Below, in pieces: positions 9,381 through 18,500 of a stretch of DNA of 29,431 bases (within the stretch, counting starts at the first letter, position 1; each line of letters starts with the position of its first letter). The position numbers and the translations under genes were made by a program. The stretch is taken from the NCBI GenBank assembly GCA_044358475.1, contig JBIKNV010000001.1, forward strand, positions 1-29,431, in the 5' to 3' direction. This stretch comes from Pirellulales bacterium (GTDB lineage: Bacteria; Planctomycetota; Planctomycetia; Pirellulales; UBA1268). The notes beneath the pieces are model-generated. The model was not told the origin of the DNA. It worked only from the letters and a program-made list of their open reading frames with translations, and made no database searches.

Positions 9381-10334
9381 ATGCGAGAAGTGCCAGCAGG
9401 ACGAGCCCGTGTGGTCGCGGTGGCGATGCTGGTCGCCGTCTGCGCGTCGGATACGTACGGCAACGAGCCGCCGCAGCGGCCCGAGTTTTCCGGGCAGCAG
9501 GCAATGGCTCATCTGGAACGCATCTGTGGCCTCGGACCAAGAATGAGCGGATCGCCCGGGATGACCGCCCAGCGGACGCTGCTCGTCAATCACTTCCGGG
9601 CCGCCGGGGCCCGTGTGTCGGGCCAGGCCTTCAAGACCGAAGACCGCCGCACGGGGAAGCCCGTGCACATGGAAAACCTCATCATCGAATGGCACCCCGA
9701 ACGCAGCGAACGGATCCTGATCGGCGTGCACTACGACACGCGGCCCTTTCCTGATCGCGACCCCGTCGATCCACAGGGCACGTTTCTCGGCGCCAATGAC
9801 GGCGCCAGCGGTGTTGCCGTGCTCATGGAACTGGCCCGCTTCATGCCCTCGCTCCCCGGGCCGGTCGGTGTCGACTTCGTCTGCTTCGATGCGGAGGAGT
9901 ATGTCGTCGGTGCACGAGATCCCTACTGCCTCGGCTCGACCTATTTCGCCCGCCGGTATGTGGCCGACCGCCGTGCCGATCCGCGGCTGCACCGCTACCG
10001 GGCCGGCGTGATCCTCGACATGGTGGCCGACAAGGATCTGCAAATCTGGCAGGAGCAGCAGAGCGTGATGTGGCCCGACACGCAGCCTGTCGTGGCGGAA
10101 CTCTGGGGCGTGGCCGCCCGGCTGGGCGTGCGGGAGTTCGTGCCACGGCCCAAGTACACCGTGCAGGATGACCATGTGCCGCTGCGGATGATCGCGAAGA
10201 TTCCCACCTGCGACGTCATCGACTTCGACTATCCAGCCTGGCATACGACTGCCGATACGCCTGCCAACTGTGCCCCGGAATCGCTCGAAACAGTGGGCCG
10301 CGTCGTGCTGGCCTGGCTCGTGGATCAGCGGTGA
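9381..10334 (+). CDS. M28 family Zn peptidase / glutaminyl cyclase-like protein
   Basis: GVHYDTR, GANDGASGVAVLMELAR, FDAEE, ILDMVAD, QDDHVP, WHT; hydrophobic N-terminus; GGAGAAGG upstream. Confidence 0.85.
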   Translation: MREVPAGRARVVAVAMLVAVCASDTYGNEPPQRPEFSGQQAMAHLERICGLGPRMSGSPGMTAQRTLLVNHFRAAGARVSGQAFKTEDRRTGKPVHMENLIIEWHPERSERILIGVHYDTRPFPDRDPVDPQGTFLGANDGASGVAVLMELARFMPSLPGPVGVDFVCFDAEEYVVGARDPYCLGSTYFARRYVADRRADPRLHRYRAGVILDMVADKDLQIWQEQQSVMWPDTQPVVAELWGVAARLGVREFVPRPKYTVQDDHVPLRMIAKIPTCDVIDFDYPAWHTTADTPANCAPESLETVGRVVLAWLVDQR

Positions 10335-10625
10335 ATGATGGAGCCACGGTCCAACCAAGCGGGTGACGTTGGGCGGAGCCGCCGGGTGCCGCTGGTGGTG
10401 CCCGACCTCACGATCGAAGGGCCAGTGCGTGTGTCGCTGTGGCTCGTGCCCCGCGGGGCCACCGTGCTGGCCGGAGATCGCATCGTCGAGCTCCTTGCTG
10501 GCGCCGTTACGATCGACCTCGAGGCACCTGTTGCCGGCCGTCTCGCGCGGCAGTTCGTCGATGAAGACGATGTCGTCGGGCTCGGCGCGGTGCTCGCCGA
10601 GATCGAGCCTGCGGAGGGAACATGA
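10335..10625 (+). CDS. Stand-alone biotinyl/lipoyl-domain-like protein lacking the attachment lysine
   Basis: VRVSLWLVPRGATVLAGDRIVELLAGAVTIDLEAPVAGRLARQFVDEDDVVGLGAVLAEI follows the lipoyl-domain pattern; starts directly after the M28 stop and has an ATGA overlap with lnt. Confidence 0.75.
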   Translation: MMEPRSNQAGDVGRSRRVPLVVPDLTIEGPVRVSLWLVPRGATVLAGDRIVELLAGAVTIDLEAPVAGRLARQFVDEDDVVGLGAVLAEIEPAEGT

Positions 10626-12301
10626 GCCGGGACGACACCACGGATGCCGTGGCCGGCGTCGGCCAGCGCCGGCTGTGGACTGCGGCGCTCGCGGGAGCGG
10701 CGACGATGTTTCTCGTCCAGCCGCCGGCCGACTTCTGGTGGGCGGCCTGGCTGGCCCCGCTCCCCTGGCTGGCGATCGTGCGCTGGCCGCAGTTGGCCGT
10801 GGCCCATCCCTGGCGGGTGCTCTGGGGGGCGGGCTTCCTCCACTGGCTCTTCGCGATTCATTGGCTGCGGCTTCCCCATCCGGCGACCTCGATCGGCTGG
10901 ATCGCGCTCGCGGCGTATCTCGCCGGATACGTGCCACTTTTTGTGTGGGTGGCCCGCACGCTCGTGCATCGGCTCGGCTGGTCATTGCTGGCCGCCGCAC
11001 CACTGGCCTGGGTGGCCTGCGAACAGGTTCGCAGCAGTCTGCTGGGGGGCTTCACGTTTGCCGGCCTCGGCCACACGCAGTGGCGGTGGACCACGCTCAT
11101 CCAGATGGCCGACCTGTTCAGCACGGTCGGGATCAGCGGCCTCGTAATGCTCGTGGCGGCGGCCGTGGCATCGCGTTCGGTCCGGCAGATGGCGATTGCC
11201 GCGGGCGTGATGGCGACGGCCCTTGCGTACGGTTCGTGGCGGCTCGCTGGAGAACCGCGGCCGACCGGCAGGCCGCTCGACGTGCTGCTTGTGCAGGGCT
11301 CGATCGATACCGAACTCAAGCATGAACCCGGTGCTGAGGCCGATGTAGCCAGGCACTACGACGACCTCACGATCGCGGGGCTCGCAGCCACGCCCGGTGA
11401 GCCCCCCGATCTCGTCGTCTGGCCGGAGACGATGTGGCGGTGGAGCCTGCTCGAGATCGATCCCGACGAGACGCTGCCCGAAAGCGTGGTTGAGCAGATG
11501 CTCGGCCCGGCAAACGCGGGCAGCACGGCATCCGCGGCAGATCGTCAGCGACAGTGTCGCGAGGCGCTGGAACAGGATCGGCAGGCGGCACTGGCCGTCT
11601 ACGCCCGTCGCTACGGCACGCACTGGCTCGTCGGAGTCGACAAGCAGGAGATCACGCCGCACGCTCCTGCCGGTGCCCGCAACTACAACTGCGGACTGTT
11701 TCTCGACGCCGACGGGGAGTCGCTTGACTGTTACGAAAAGATGCATCCGGTAATGTTTGGCGAATACATCCCCATGGCCAACCGGTTCCCCTGGCTCTAC
11801 TCGCTCACACCGCTGCCTGCGGGCCTCACCGCCGGCACCGAACCGGTGGCCGTGACGATCGCCGGCCACCGTGTGGCCGTGAACATCTGCTATGAGACGG
11901 CCTTGCCAGCCGCGGTGCGCGGGATGGTGCGAACGCTCGAACAGGCTGGCGGCCGCCCCGACCTGATCGTGAACCTCACCAACGACGGCTGGTTTTGGGG
12001 GTCGAGCGAACTCGACATGCACCTGGCCGCTGCCATTTTTCGGGCGGTTGAAGTGCGGACGCCCCTCGTGATCGCAGCCAACACCGGGTTTTCCGGATGG
12101 ATTGATGGTTCCGGCCGGCTGCTCGCGCGGGGGCCGCGGCGGGCCACCGCCACGCTCCGGGCCCGCGTCGAACCCGACGGGCGCCAGAGCCCGTGGCTGG
12201 TCTGGGGAAGTCTACCGGCTTGGGGGTGTGTGGCGATCGCGGGAGGTATCATGGCGAGAGCGAGGTGGCCGGATGCGAAGGCCGGATCGTACCCGGCTTG
12301 A
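10622..12301 (+). CDS. lnt: Apolipoprotein N-acyltransferase
   Basis: Multi-TM N-terminus; nitrilase-fold triad motifs VVWPET (Glu), YEKMHPVMFGEYIP (Lys), NICYE (Cys); NLTNDGWF; RAVE; AANTGFS. Confidence 0.95.
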   Translation: MSRDDTTDAVAGVGQRRLWTAALAGAATMFLVQPPADFWWAAWLAPLPWLAIVRWPQLAVAHPWRVLWGAGFLHWLFAIHWLRLPHPATSIGWIALAAYLAGYVPLFVWVARTLVHRLGWSLLAAAPLAWVACEQVRSSLLGGFTFAGLGHTQWRWTTLIQMADLFSTVGISGLVMLVAAAVASRSVRQMAIAAGVMATALAYGSWRLAGEPRPTGRPLDVLLVQGSIDTELKHEPGAEADVARHYDDLTIAGLAATPGEPPDLVVWPETMWRWSLLEIDPDETLPESVVEQMLGPANAGSTASAADRQRQCREALEQDRQAALAVYARRYGTHWLVGVDKQEITPHAPAGARNYNCGLFLDADGESLDCYEKMHPVMFGEYIPMANRFPWLYSLTPLPAGLTAGTEPVAVTIAGHRVAVNICYETALPAAVRGMVRTLEQAGGRPDLIVNLTNDGWFWGSSELDMHLAAAIFRAVEVRTPLVIAANTGFSGWIDGSGRLLARGPRRATATLRARVEPDGRQSPWLVWGSLPAWGCVAIAGGIMARARWPDAKAGSYPA

Positions 12302-12307
12302 GTCGCG

Positions 12308-12337
12308 TTGACCCGGCGACCGATCAACCCCTAGGCT
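12308..12337 (+). promoter_or_regulatory. Sigma70-type promoter TTGACC-N18-TAGGCT
   Basis: -35 at 12308-12313, -10 at 12332-12337, AGAAGG RBS at 12352-12357, ATG at 12364. Confidence 0.55.
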
Positions 12338-12363
12338 GAAAGTCAGGCGAGAGAAGGTGCGCG

Positions 12364-13224
12364 ATGAACATTCTCGGCAAAATCTTCGTGTTCGCGGTGT
12401 TCATCATGAGCCTTGTGTTCATGAGTTTCGCCGTCGCCATCTTTGCCTCCCACACCAACTGGAAGGCCGAGTCGGAGCGACTGGAAAAAGAGTTGGCCGC
12501 TGACAAGGAGAGGCGGGGCCAGCTCTTGGAAACGATCGACTCGCTGCAGTCGCAGGTCGCCAGCTCAGAGGCCGAACGAGACCAGGTGGTGGCGAAGTTG
12601 CAGTATGCCCTCGCCGAGCAGAGCACGGAGCTCAAGGACCTCAAGGCGACCCGCGACGAGCTCATGTCGAAGGCGAAGGAAGCCATCAACGAGTTGAGCG
12701 TGGTGCAGGCCGAACTGAAGCGGGCGACCGACAACGTCGAGAAACTCCGGGAAGAAGTTCGCGCCCAACAGGTGACGGTGGACAAGCAGATCGGCCAGTC
12801 GGTGCAGTTCTCGGCACAGCTGCATGAGAAGCAATCGACCCTGGCGATCGTCGAGGAGCGGAAGGCCCAGCTGGAAAAGCAGCTGGCCAATGCCCGACTC
12901 CTGCTCAAGCAGAGCGGGCTGGCGGTCGACAGCCTGCCCCGCGATCAGGTGCCGACGATCGACGGCGTGGTGATGGCTGTGGCAGATGGGTCGGTCGAGG
13001 TGTCGCTCGGTGGTGACGACGGCCTGCAGTTGGGCCACGTCCTCGAACTCTATCGCAACGATCAGTATGTGGGCCGGGCGGTCGTGAAGGCCATCAAACC
13101 GGGCCGTCTCGGTGATCCAAAAGGAATACGCCCGTGGCGTCGTGCAGCGGGGCGACCGGGTCACGACCCGCCTGAAGGCGGCGTGAGTCCTGCAGGTTTT
13201 CAAGGAGGCTCTGAGCCGCAGTGA
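12364..13224 (+). CDS. Membrane-anchored coiled-coil protein with C-terminal beta domain; probable frameshift near 13100 (restored stop TGA 13184-13186)
   Basis: N-terminal TM (ILGKIFVFAVFIMSLVFMSFAVAIF), long heptad region, then IDGVVMAV...VSLGGDDGLQLGHVLELYR...VGRAVVK. After 13100 the tail is low-complexity, while the +1 frame gives RAVSVIQKEYARGVVQRGDRVTTRLKAA*. Confidence 0.75.
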   Translation: MNILGKIFVFAVFIMSLVFMSFAVAIFASHTNWKAESERLEKELAADKERRGQLLETIDSLQSQVASSEAERDQVVAKLQYALAEQSTELKDLKATRDELMSKAKEAINELSVVQAELKRATDNVEKLREEVRAQQVTVDKQIGQSVQFSAQLHEKQSTLAIVEERKAQLEKQLANARLLLKQSGLAVDSLPRDQVPTIDGVVMAVADGSVEVSLGGDDGLQLGHVLELYRNDQYVGRAVVKAIKPGRLGDPKGIRPWRRAAGRPGHDPPEGGVSPAGFQGGSEPQ

Positions 13225-13373
13225 TGAGTGACGACCTGCAGCCAATCGAGCAGCGGCGTGGGCCGATGAACGTCTACACGGCGATGCTGGCGATGGCATT
13301 CGTGGCGATGACACTCTCCTGCATCATCCTCGCGATCGACCTCTTCTCCCGCGGCCTGCCCCTCAAGCCGTAG
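13224..13373 (+). CDS. Small single-pass membrane protein, 49 aa (absent from the ORF track)
   Basis: MSDDLQPIEQRRGPMNVYTAMLAMAFVAMTLSCIILAIDLFSRGLPLKP*; AAGGAGG at 13202-13208; GC-biased third codon positions; fills the gap before the mtfA-like gene. In-frame GTG at 13221 is an alternative start. Confidence 0.7.
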   Translation: MSDDLQPIEQRRGPMNVYTAMLAMAFVAMTLSCIILAIDLFSRGLPLKP

Positions 13374-13388
13374 GCGGCGGTTCCTGGC

Positions 13389-14171
13389 ATGCTCTCCTGG
13401 CTGCGGAACCGACGTCGCCGGTCCATCCGCGAGCAGCCCTACCCCGTGGCCTGGGACGGCCTCATGCGGCGGAATGTTCGCCATGCCGAGTGGCTCGACG
13501 AGCACCAGCGGCAGCAACTCCGCGAGTGGATTGCGGTGTTTCTCGCCGAGAAGTCGTTTGAGGGCTGCGGCGGCATGCAGATCACCGACGAGGTGCGGGT
13601 GACGATTGCCGGCCAGGCGGGAATTCTCACGCTGGGATTTTCCGAGGAGTATTTCGATCGGCTCCGCTCCGTGCTCGTGTACCCGGGCGACTACCTTGTG
13701 CCGAGGCGGGCGCCGCTCGATGGTGGTGGTGAACTGGAGTGGCAGGAAGTGCGGCTTGGTGAAACGTGGTCGGGCGGGAGCGTCGTCTTGTCGTGGCCGA
13801 GGGTTGTCGACGGAGGACGGCTCCGGGATGGAGGGACCCGCAGTGTCGTCATCCACGAGTTCTCCCACCTGATCGACATGCTCGATGGCGAGATCGACGG
13901 GGTACCTCCGCTCGACGGCGACCGTGACGGTTGGGCGGCGGAGATGCAGGACTGTCGAGAGCGGTTCGAGTGGGCGCTCGATGCCGGTCGGTTCGTCGCC
14001 CTCGATGACTATGCAGCCGAGGGGCCGGGAGAGTTTTTTGCGGTGGCGACGGAGTGCTTCTTTCAGGATCCGCACCGGCTCGCCCGTGGCGACGGTCAAC
14101 TCTACGACCTGCTCCGAATCGCCTGGCGGCAGGATCCCAAGGCCCGCGTGCCAGTGCGTCCCCTGGGCTGA
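13389..14171 (+). CDS. mtfA: MtfA-like Zn-dependent peptidase (M90 family)
   Basis: FLAEKSFEGCGG, VTIAGQA, SVLVYP, VVLSW, VVIHEFSHLIDMLDG (HExxH), DDYAAEGPGEFFAVATECFF. Confidence 0.85.
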   Translation: MLSWLRNRRRRSIREQPYPVAWDGLMRRNVRHAEWLDEHQRQQLREWIAVFLAEKSFEGCGGMQITDEVRVTIAGQAGILTLGFSEEYFDRLRSVLVYPGDYLVPRRAPLDGGGELEWQEVRLGETWSGGSVVLSWPRVVDGGRLRDGGTRSVVIHEFSHLIDMLDGEIDGVPPLDGDRDGWAAEMQDCRERFEWALDAGRFVALDDYAAEGPGEFFAVATECFFQDPHRLARGDGQLYDLLRIAWRQDPKARVPVRPLG

Positions 14172-14174
14172 GAT

Positions 14175-15464
14175 CTACTGGTCGCCCCGCGGCGCCAGCG
14201 ATGCGATGACGCCGCCGGGCGAGGCCAAGATGAGCCGATCCGTCGTGTCATTGACCACCGGCACGCGGAAGGGCGTGAGACAAAACTGTTCGAGCCGCCG
14301 GCCGTCCGCCGGGTCGAGTGTCGCCAGCCGGCCCATGTCGTCAATGCACCAGAGCCGCTTGGACGTGACCGTGAGCAGCTGAACCTGCTGCGGGTGGGTC
14401 CAGAGCCGCTTGCCGTCGGCAGCGGCAAGAGCCGCCAGGCCACCGGTCGCGAGCGGCACGAGAATCATCTCGCCGGACCGCGTGGCCCCGCCGGCGACGG
14501 CATCGTCCAGCGGCTGCTGCCATGCAAACACCATTCCGCCCGGCAGCAGGTCGATACGGATGACGTCACTCCCTGCCGGGCCCGTGTTTGTCGCGATGAA
14601 GATCGAGGTGCCGCTGGCCGAATCGAGGATGAGAGGTGGGCCCGCGGGCGGCCTGCCGAGCGTAAACTCCGTCCGCACCCATTCCGGTTGTGCCGGGGTC
14701 AGCCATGTGAGCAGGCCGTCGGTCGTGCACCACAGCACACCTTCTTTCAGCGAGAGCGGTGGAAACGCCAGGCTCCCGTGGGTGCTGAGCTCGAGTGGTG
14801 GGACCTTCGTGCCGGTGACGTACGAGACAGCCGAACGTGTCTCCGCATCCGTCACAGTTTTGCTACCGGCATCCTTTTTTTTGAGAACTGTTTGGACCTC
14901 AGGCTCCCGGTAAGGATTGACGGCAAAACGCAGCAGTCGACCGCCCTCGATTGGCACGTACACCCAGTCACCACTGATGGCCGCCGCCGCGACGGCTGGG
15001 CTCGGCAACGGTTCCCGCCACAGCGTGCGGCCGGAGAGGAGATCGATGCCGAGGGCCGCGAAGTCTCCGGCGATGGCAACGATGCCGCTGCCCACCGCGG
15101 GTGGACGAAGACCGCCGTCGCCGCGACTCGGAAAATGTGACCAGAGCACGGTGCCCGGTGCCGGCTGGCCAGCTCGAGTTTCCGCGTCGTCAGTTGGTGC
15201 GACGGGAGCGGCGATGCCATGCAGGCTCCCGTCTCCGGCCGCGGCGATGACGATGCCATCGGCCACCGTCACGTGCTCAAGCCGGGTGGCCGACGTGTTG
15301 AAAGGCACCTGCACGATCCAGTCGCGGCGCAGCCCGAGCTCTTCGGCTACGAAGGCGTCGGCCACCGTGCCGCAGACCCGTTCTCCGGCCGGACAGGCCG
15401 GGGCGACGAGGCCGGCGATGACGCATGCAACAAGGGATGGCAGGATGGATCGCATGGCAACCAT
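14175..15464 (-). CDS. Exported PQQ-like (BamB-type) beta-propeller repeat protein
   Basis: Signal peptide (MRSILPSLVACVIAGLVAPA); repeats GIDLLSGRTLWR, ALAAADGKRLWT, TLDPADGRRL. Start 15464 or 15455. Confidence 0.75.
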   Translation of the reverse strand: MVAMRSILPSLVACVIAGLVAPACPAGERVCGTVADAFVAEELGLRRDWIVQVPFNTSATRLEHVTVADGIVIAAAGDGSLHGIAAPVAPTDDAETRAGQPAPGTVLWSHFPSRGDGGLRPPAVGSGIVAIAGDFAALGIDLLSGRTLWREPLPSPAVAAAAISGDWVYVPIEGGRLLRFAVNPYREPEVQTVLKKKDAGSKTVTDAETRSAVSYVTGTKVPPLELSTHGSLAFPPLSLKEGVLWCTTDGLLTWLTPAQPEWVRTEFTLGRPPAGPPLILDSASGTSIFIATNTGPAGSDVIRIDLLPGGMVFAWQQPLDDAVAGGATRSGEMILVPLATGGLAALAAADGKRLWTHPQQVQLLTVTSKRLWCIDDMGRLATLDPADGRRLEQFCLTPFRVPVVNDTTDRLILASPGGVIASLAPRGDQ

Positions 15465-15556
15465 GACGGGAAAACGTGGGGAAACCTTCCTGGCAAGCGT
15501 AGTTCACGGGGGAGCACACGCAACATCGCTCGGCGTGGGGTAGGATCGTGCGGGTC

Positions 15557-18500
15557 ATGACGGCATCACGACCGACCGATCCGGCCTCACAGGTCCTGGG
15601 CTACCTCAATTTTTCCTCGGGCTCGTTCGACCCGACGGCCTGGCGGGCGTTGAACGACCTCTTCACCGCGGTTGAGACCCTTCCCGGGGAGGATGGGGCA
15701 GCCGTTGCGGAGCGGCCGGACGCGGCGGGCGTCGTGGCTGGTGTGCTGCGGCACCGGCTCGGCGAGCTCGAAGCGTCCGAACCTGCTTTTCGGCAGGCTG
15801 CCCAGGCCAGTGCCGCCATTGAACTCGTCTTCGAACACCTGCCCCACGCATACCGGGAGTTTCATGCCGATCTGCTCGAGCACCAGCCGGCGGGAGCGAT
15901 CGAGCGGCCGTTTTTCCTGATGGCCGCGGCCCAGGCTGTGCTTGCGGAGGTGGCTTCCGGTGACGGCGACGCGATCGAGCGGATCGTCGAGCGGGCAATC
16001 AACAGGCTCAACGACTATGTCGGCTGGCGGCCGGTGGCGGTCCTCGAGAATGGCCGGCTTTCGGAATCCTATCCCCATGAACGGGTGCGGCCGCTGCCGA
16101 TCTTTGTGGCCGGTGTGGGGGCGGCACACGGCCGGTATCGCGACCTTGTGCAGGGTGCGATCGATATTCTCGCCGTTGCTCCCTTGGATCTTTTGCGGCA
16201 GGCCGACTTCGATCTCGAGATGCTCGAGGAGCTGGCGATCGATCCGCGGGCGTTCGACTTTTTGCATCCGGCAGCCAGCCGGCCGAATTATCTTTTCGGA
16301 CTCTGGGATCCCGGCCACATCGACAACGCGGGCTGCTATCGACGGATGGTTGTGCAGCAGGCCACGCTCGACGGGATTCTTTCCTGGCCCGTGGCCGCGG
16401 TGGCGGAGAGCGGCTCCGCCGTGAGCGACACGGCCGATCTGTGCCGCGAATCGTCTGCAGTGCTCGCGGGAGTGATGCTGATGGCCTCGGGGCTCTCCGG
16501 CCACGGCCCGGGAGCCCACCAGGCGGGCCTGCCGCTGGCGGAGTTGCTGCCCCGAATCGCCGGCTATCGCGACGCCTTCTACCGCTGGCTGATGGAGCAA
16601 CTGCCCGAGCCACATCGACTCCGGCTCGACGAGGAGGTCCGCCGACTGCGGCAGCCGTTCGGCGGTGTTCGCCGCCACATCAACGCCTTGCTGGCCAAAC
16701 GCCGCGCCCGGCAGGTCGAGAGCGTGGCGCTTGCCGCGGTGATGTCGCGGCTTGGCCGCGCTGCTGAAGCCGAGCGGCTGGCTGGTGTCGTACCGGCGGC
16801 GTCGGCACGGATGCTCGCACGCATCAGCGGCAGCGTCGTGGCCGCCCAGCAGGCACTGCGATTGGCGAAGCCGGGTGACGACGCGGCGGTGTCTGCTCGC
16901 GCGGCGCTCGATCACCTCGATGCGGCCACCGACCTCTTGTTTCGCGCCGTGGGGTGCGGGGCGATGGTCGATCCCTGGAACATTCTCGGTCTGGCCGGAC
17001 AGTTTCCGCTTCACGAACCGGGCGGCGAGAGCCTGCCCGATCCGCGGGTCGACGACCTGATCGACGAGACCGGCGCGATCCTCGACGGCTATGCGGCTGT
17101 CTGGCGGCAGGCGGCCCTCGAGGGGGCTCACCGCGAGGCGACGCGGGCCGACAACTCGCTGGAAAAGTTAGGCACCTGGTGGGATCGCTACGCGACGACG
17201 ACCGTGTCGGGAGTCGATCATCTCTCCGGCCGGGAAGTGCGTGATTCGACCCGCGAGGTGATCGCCTCGCTGCAGCGGCGTCACACGCTGGGGGCCGAGC
17301 CGCCGCCCCCCGGATTCTGGCGGAAGGAGGTGGCCTCGTTTACGTCTCCCCGCAGCCATGCCCAGGCGACCGAGTCGTTGCTCCGGGAGGGGGATCTCGA
17401 TGGCGCGATGGGTCTGCTGGTCTGCTGGGCAGCGCTTCTGGAGGGGCCGACGCTCGAACAGTTGGGGGGCGAATGGCTGGCCGCTGCGGCCCGCTGGCTC
17501 GCGCGGGCCTTTGTCGATCGCTCGCCAGAGGGGCGCACCCGGGTGCGGCGGTTTTTAGAACTCGTCGAAGCCAACACCAGCGGCGTGGCCGACATCATCG
17601 AGATGGCTGCCGCCGGACGCGAGTTGGCCGACTCCGTCCCCGGTGCTCTGCCGACCGCCGGCGACGCGGACGATGACGACCAGCCCGATGGCGAGGAGAG
17701 CGTAGCCAGCGCCTACGAGTCGATGGTGTGGCGCGACTCAACCGATGACGGTGTCGACGGCGGCATGCTCGAGCACGAGCAGCCGGGCGGCATGTCGGGC
17801 AGCGGACCGGCGGAAGTCGAGCAGGCGGCCGAGTTTGTCGCCGGTTGTTCACGGCTGTTGCGGCATGCCGTGACGGCGGCCTGTGCGGCCGACAATGTCA
17901 GCGGCAGCGGCCCCACCCGTGAGGAGATCGACGCGGTCGTGGGCTGGCGGCATACGTTGCGGCGGCAGCGACGGGCGATGGTGCGGGCCGCCGCGGTCAT
18001 CTCCGGCCGAGACGTTGCTGCGCCGCTGGGCATGCCGGAAGCAGAGCTGGATCGGATTCGCTGGCAACGCGATGCCGCCGCTGAGCGGCTGGTTGATGCC
18101 GCCATCGAGATCACCGAAACGCTCTGGATGCTTTCGGCCCGGATGCAGTTTGCCGCACCACGAGCGGTTGCCACCGCGCCGCAGCCGGTCTCCCGAGGGC
18201 TTGTCGGCAGGCTCTTCGCCGCCATTCTTCGCGGCGATGCCGCCACCTCGCGCGGCCTCCTCGACGAGGTCTGCGGACGGCTTGCCGGGAAGGCGGTGCT
18301 CTACGTTCCCCTGTCGCGGGGCGGGCAGCCTGATCGCATCGTGCGCGCCCGCTGCCGGGAGCGGCTGCTGGCGCGGTTGAGCGGCTGCCTGCCGCGGATC
18401 GGCCTGGTCGCCGAGACAACGCGGGTGGTGCAGTTGGCGAAGAGCTTGGAACGAAAGCGGCCGAAGGGCGGGGCGAGCGTGAGCGAATTCGATCGCGTGT

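Noticed and set aside
9381-9445. Lipobox in the M28 peptidase (VAVC), attractive because lnt is in the same operon
   Set aside because: Val at -1 is non-canonical; it cannot be called without SignalP.
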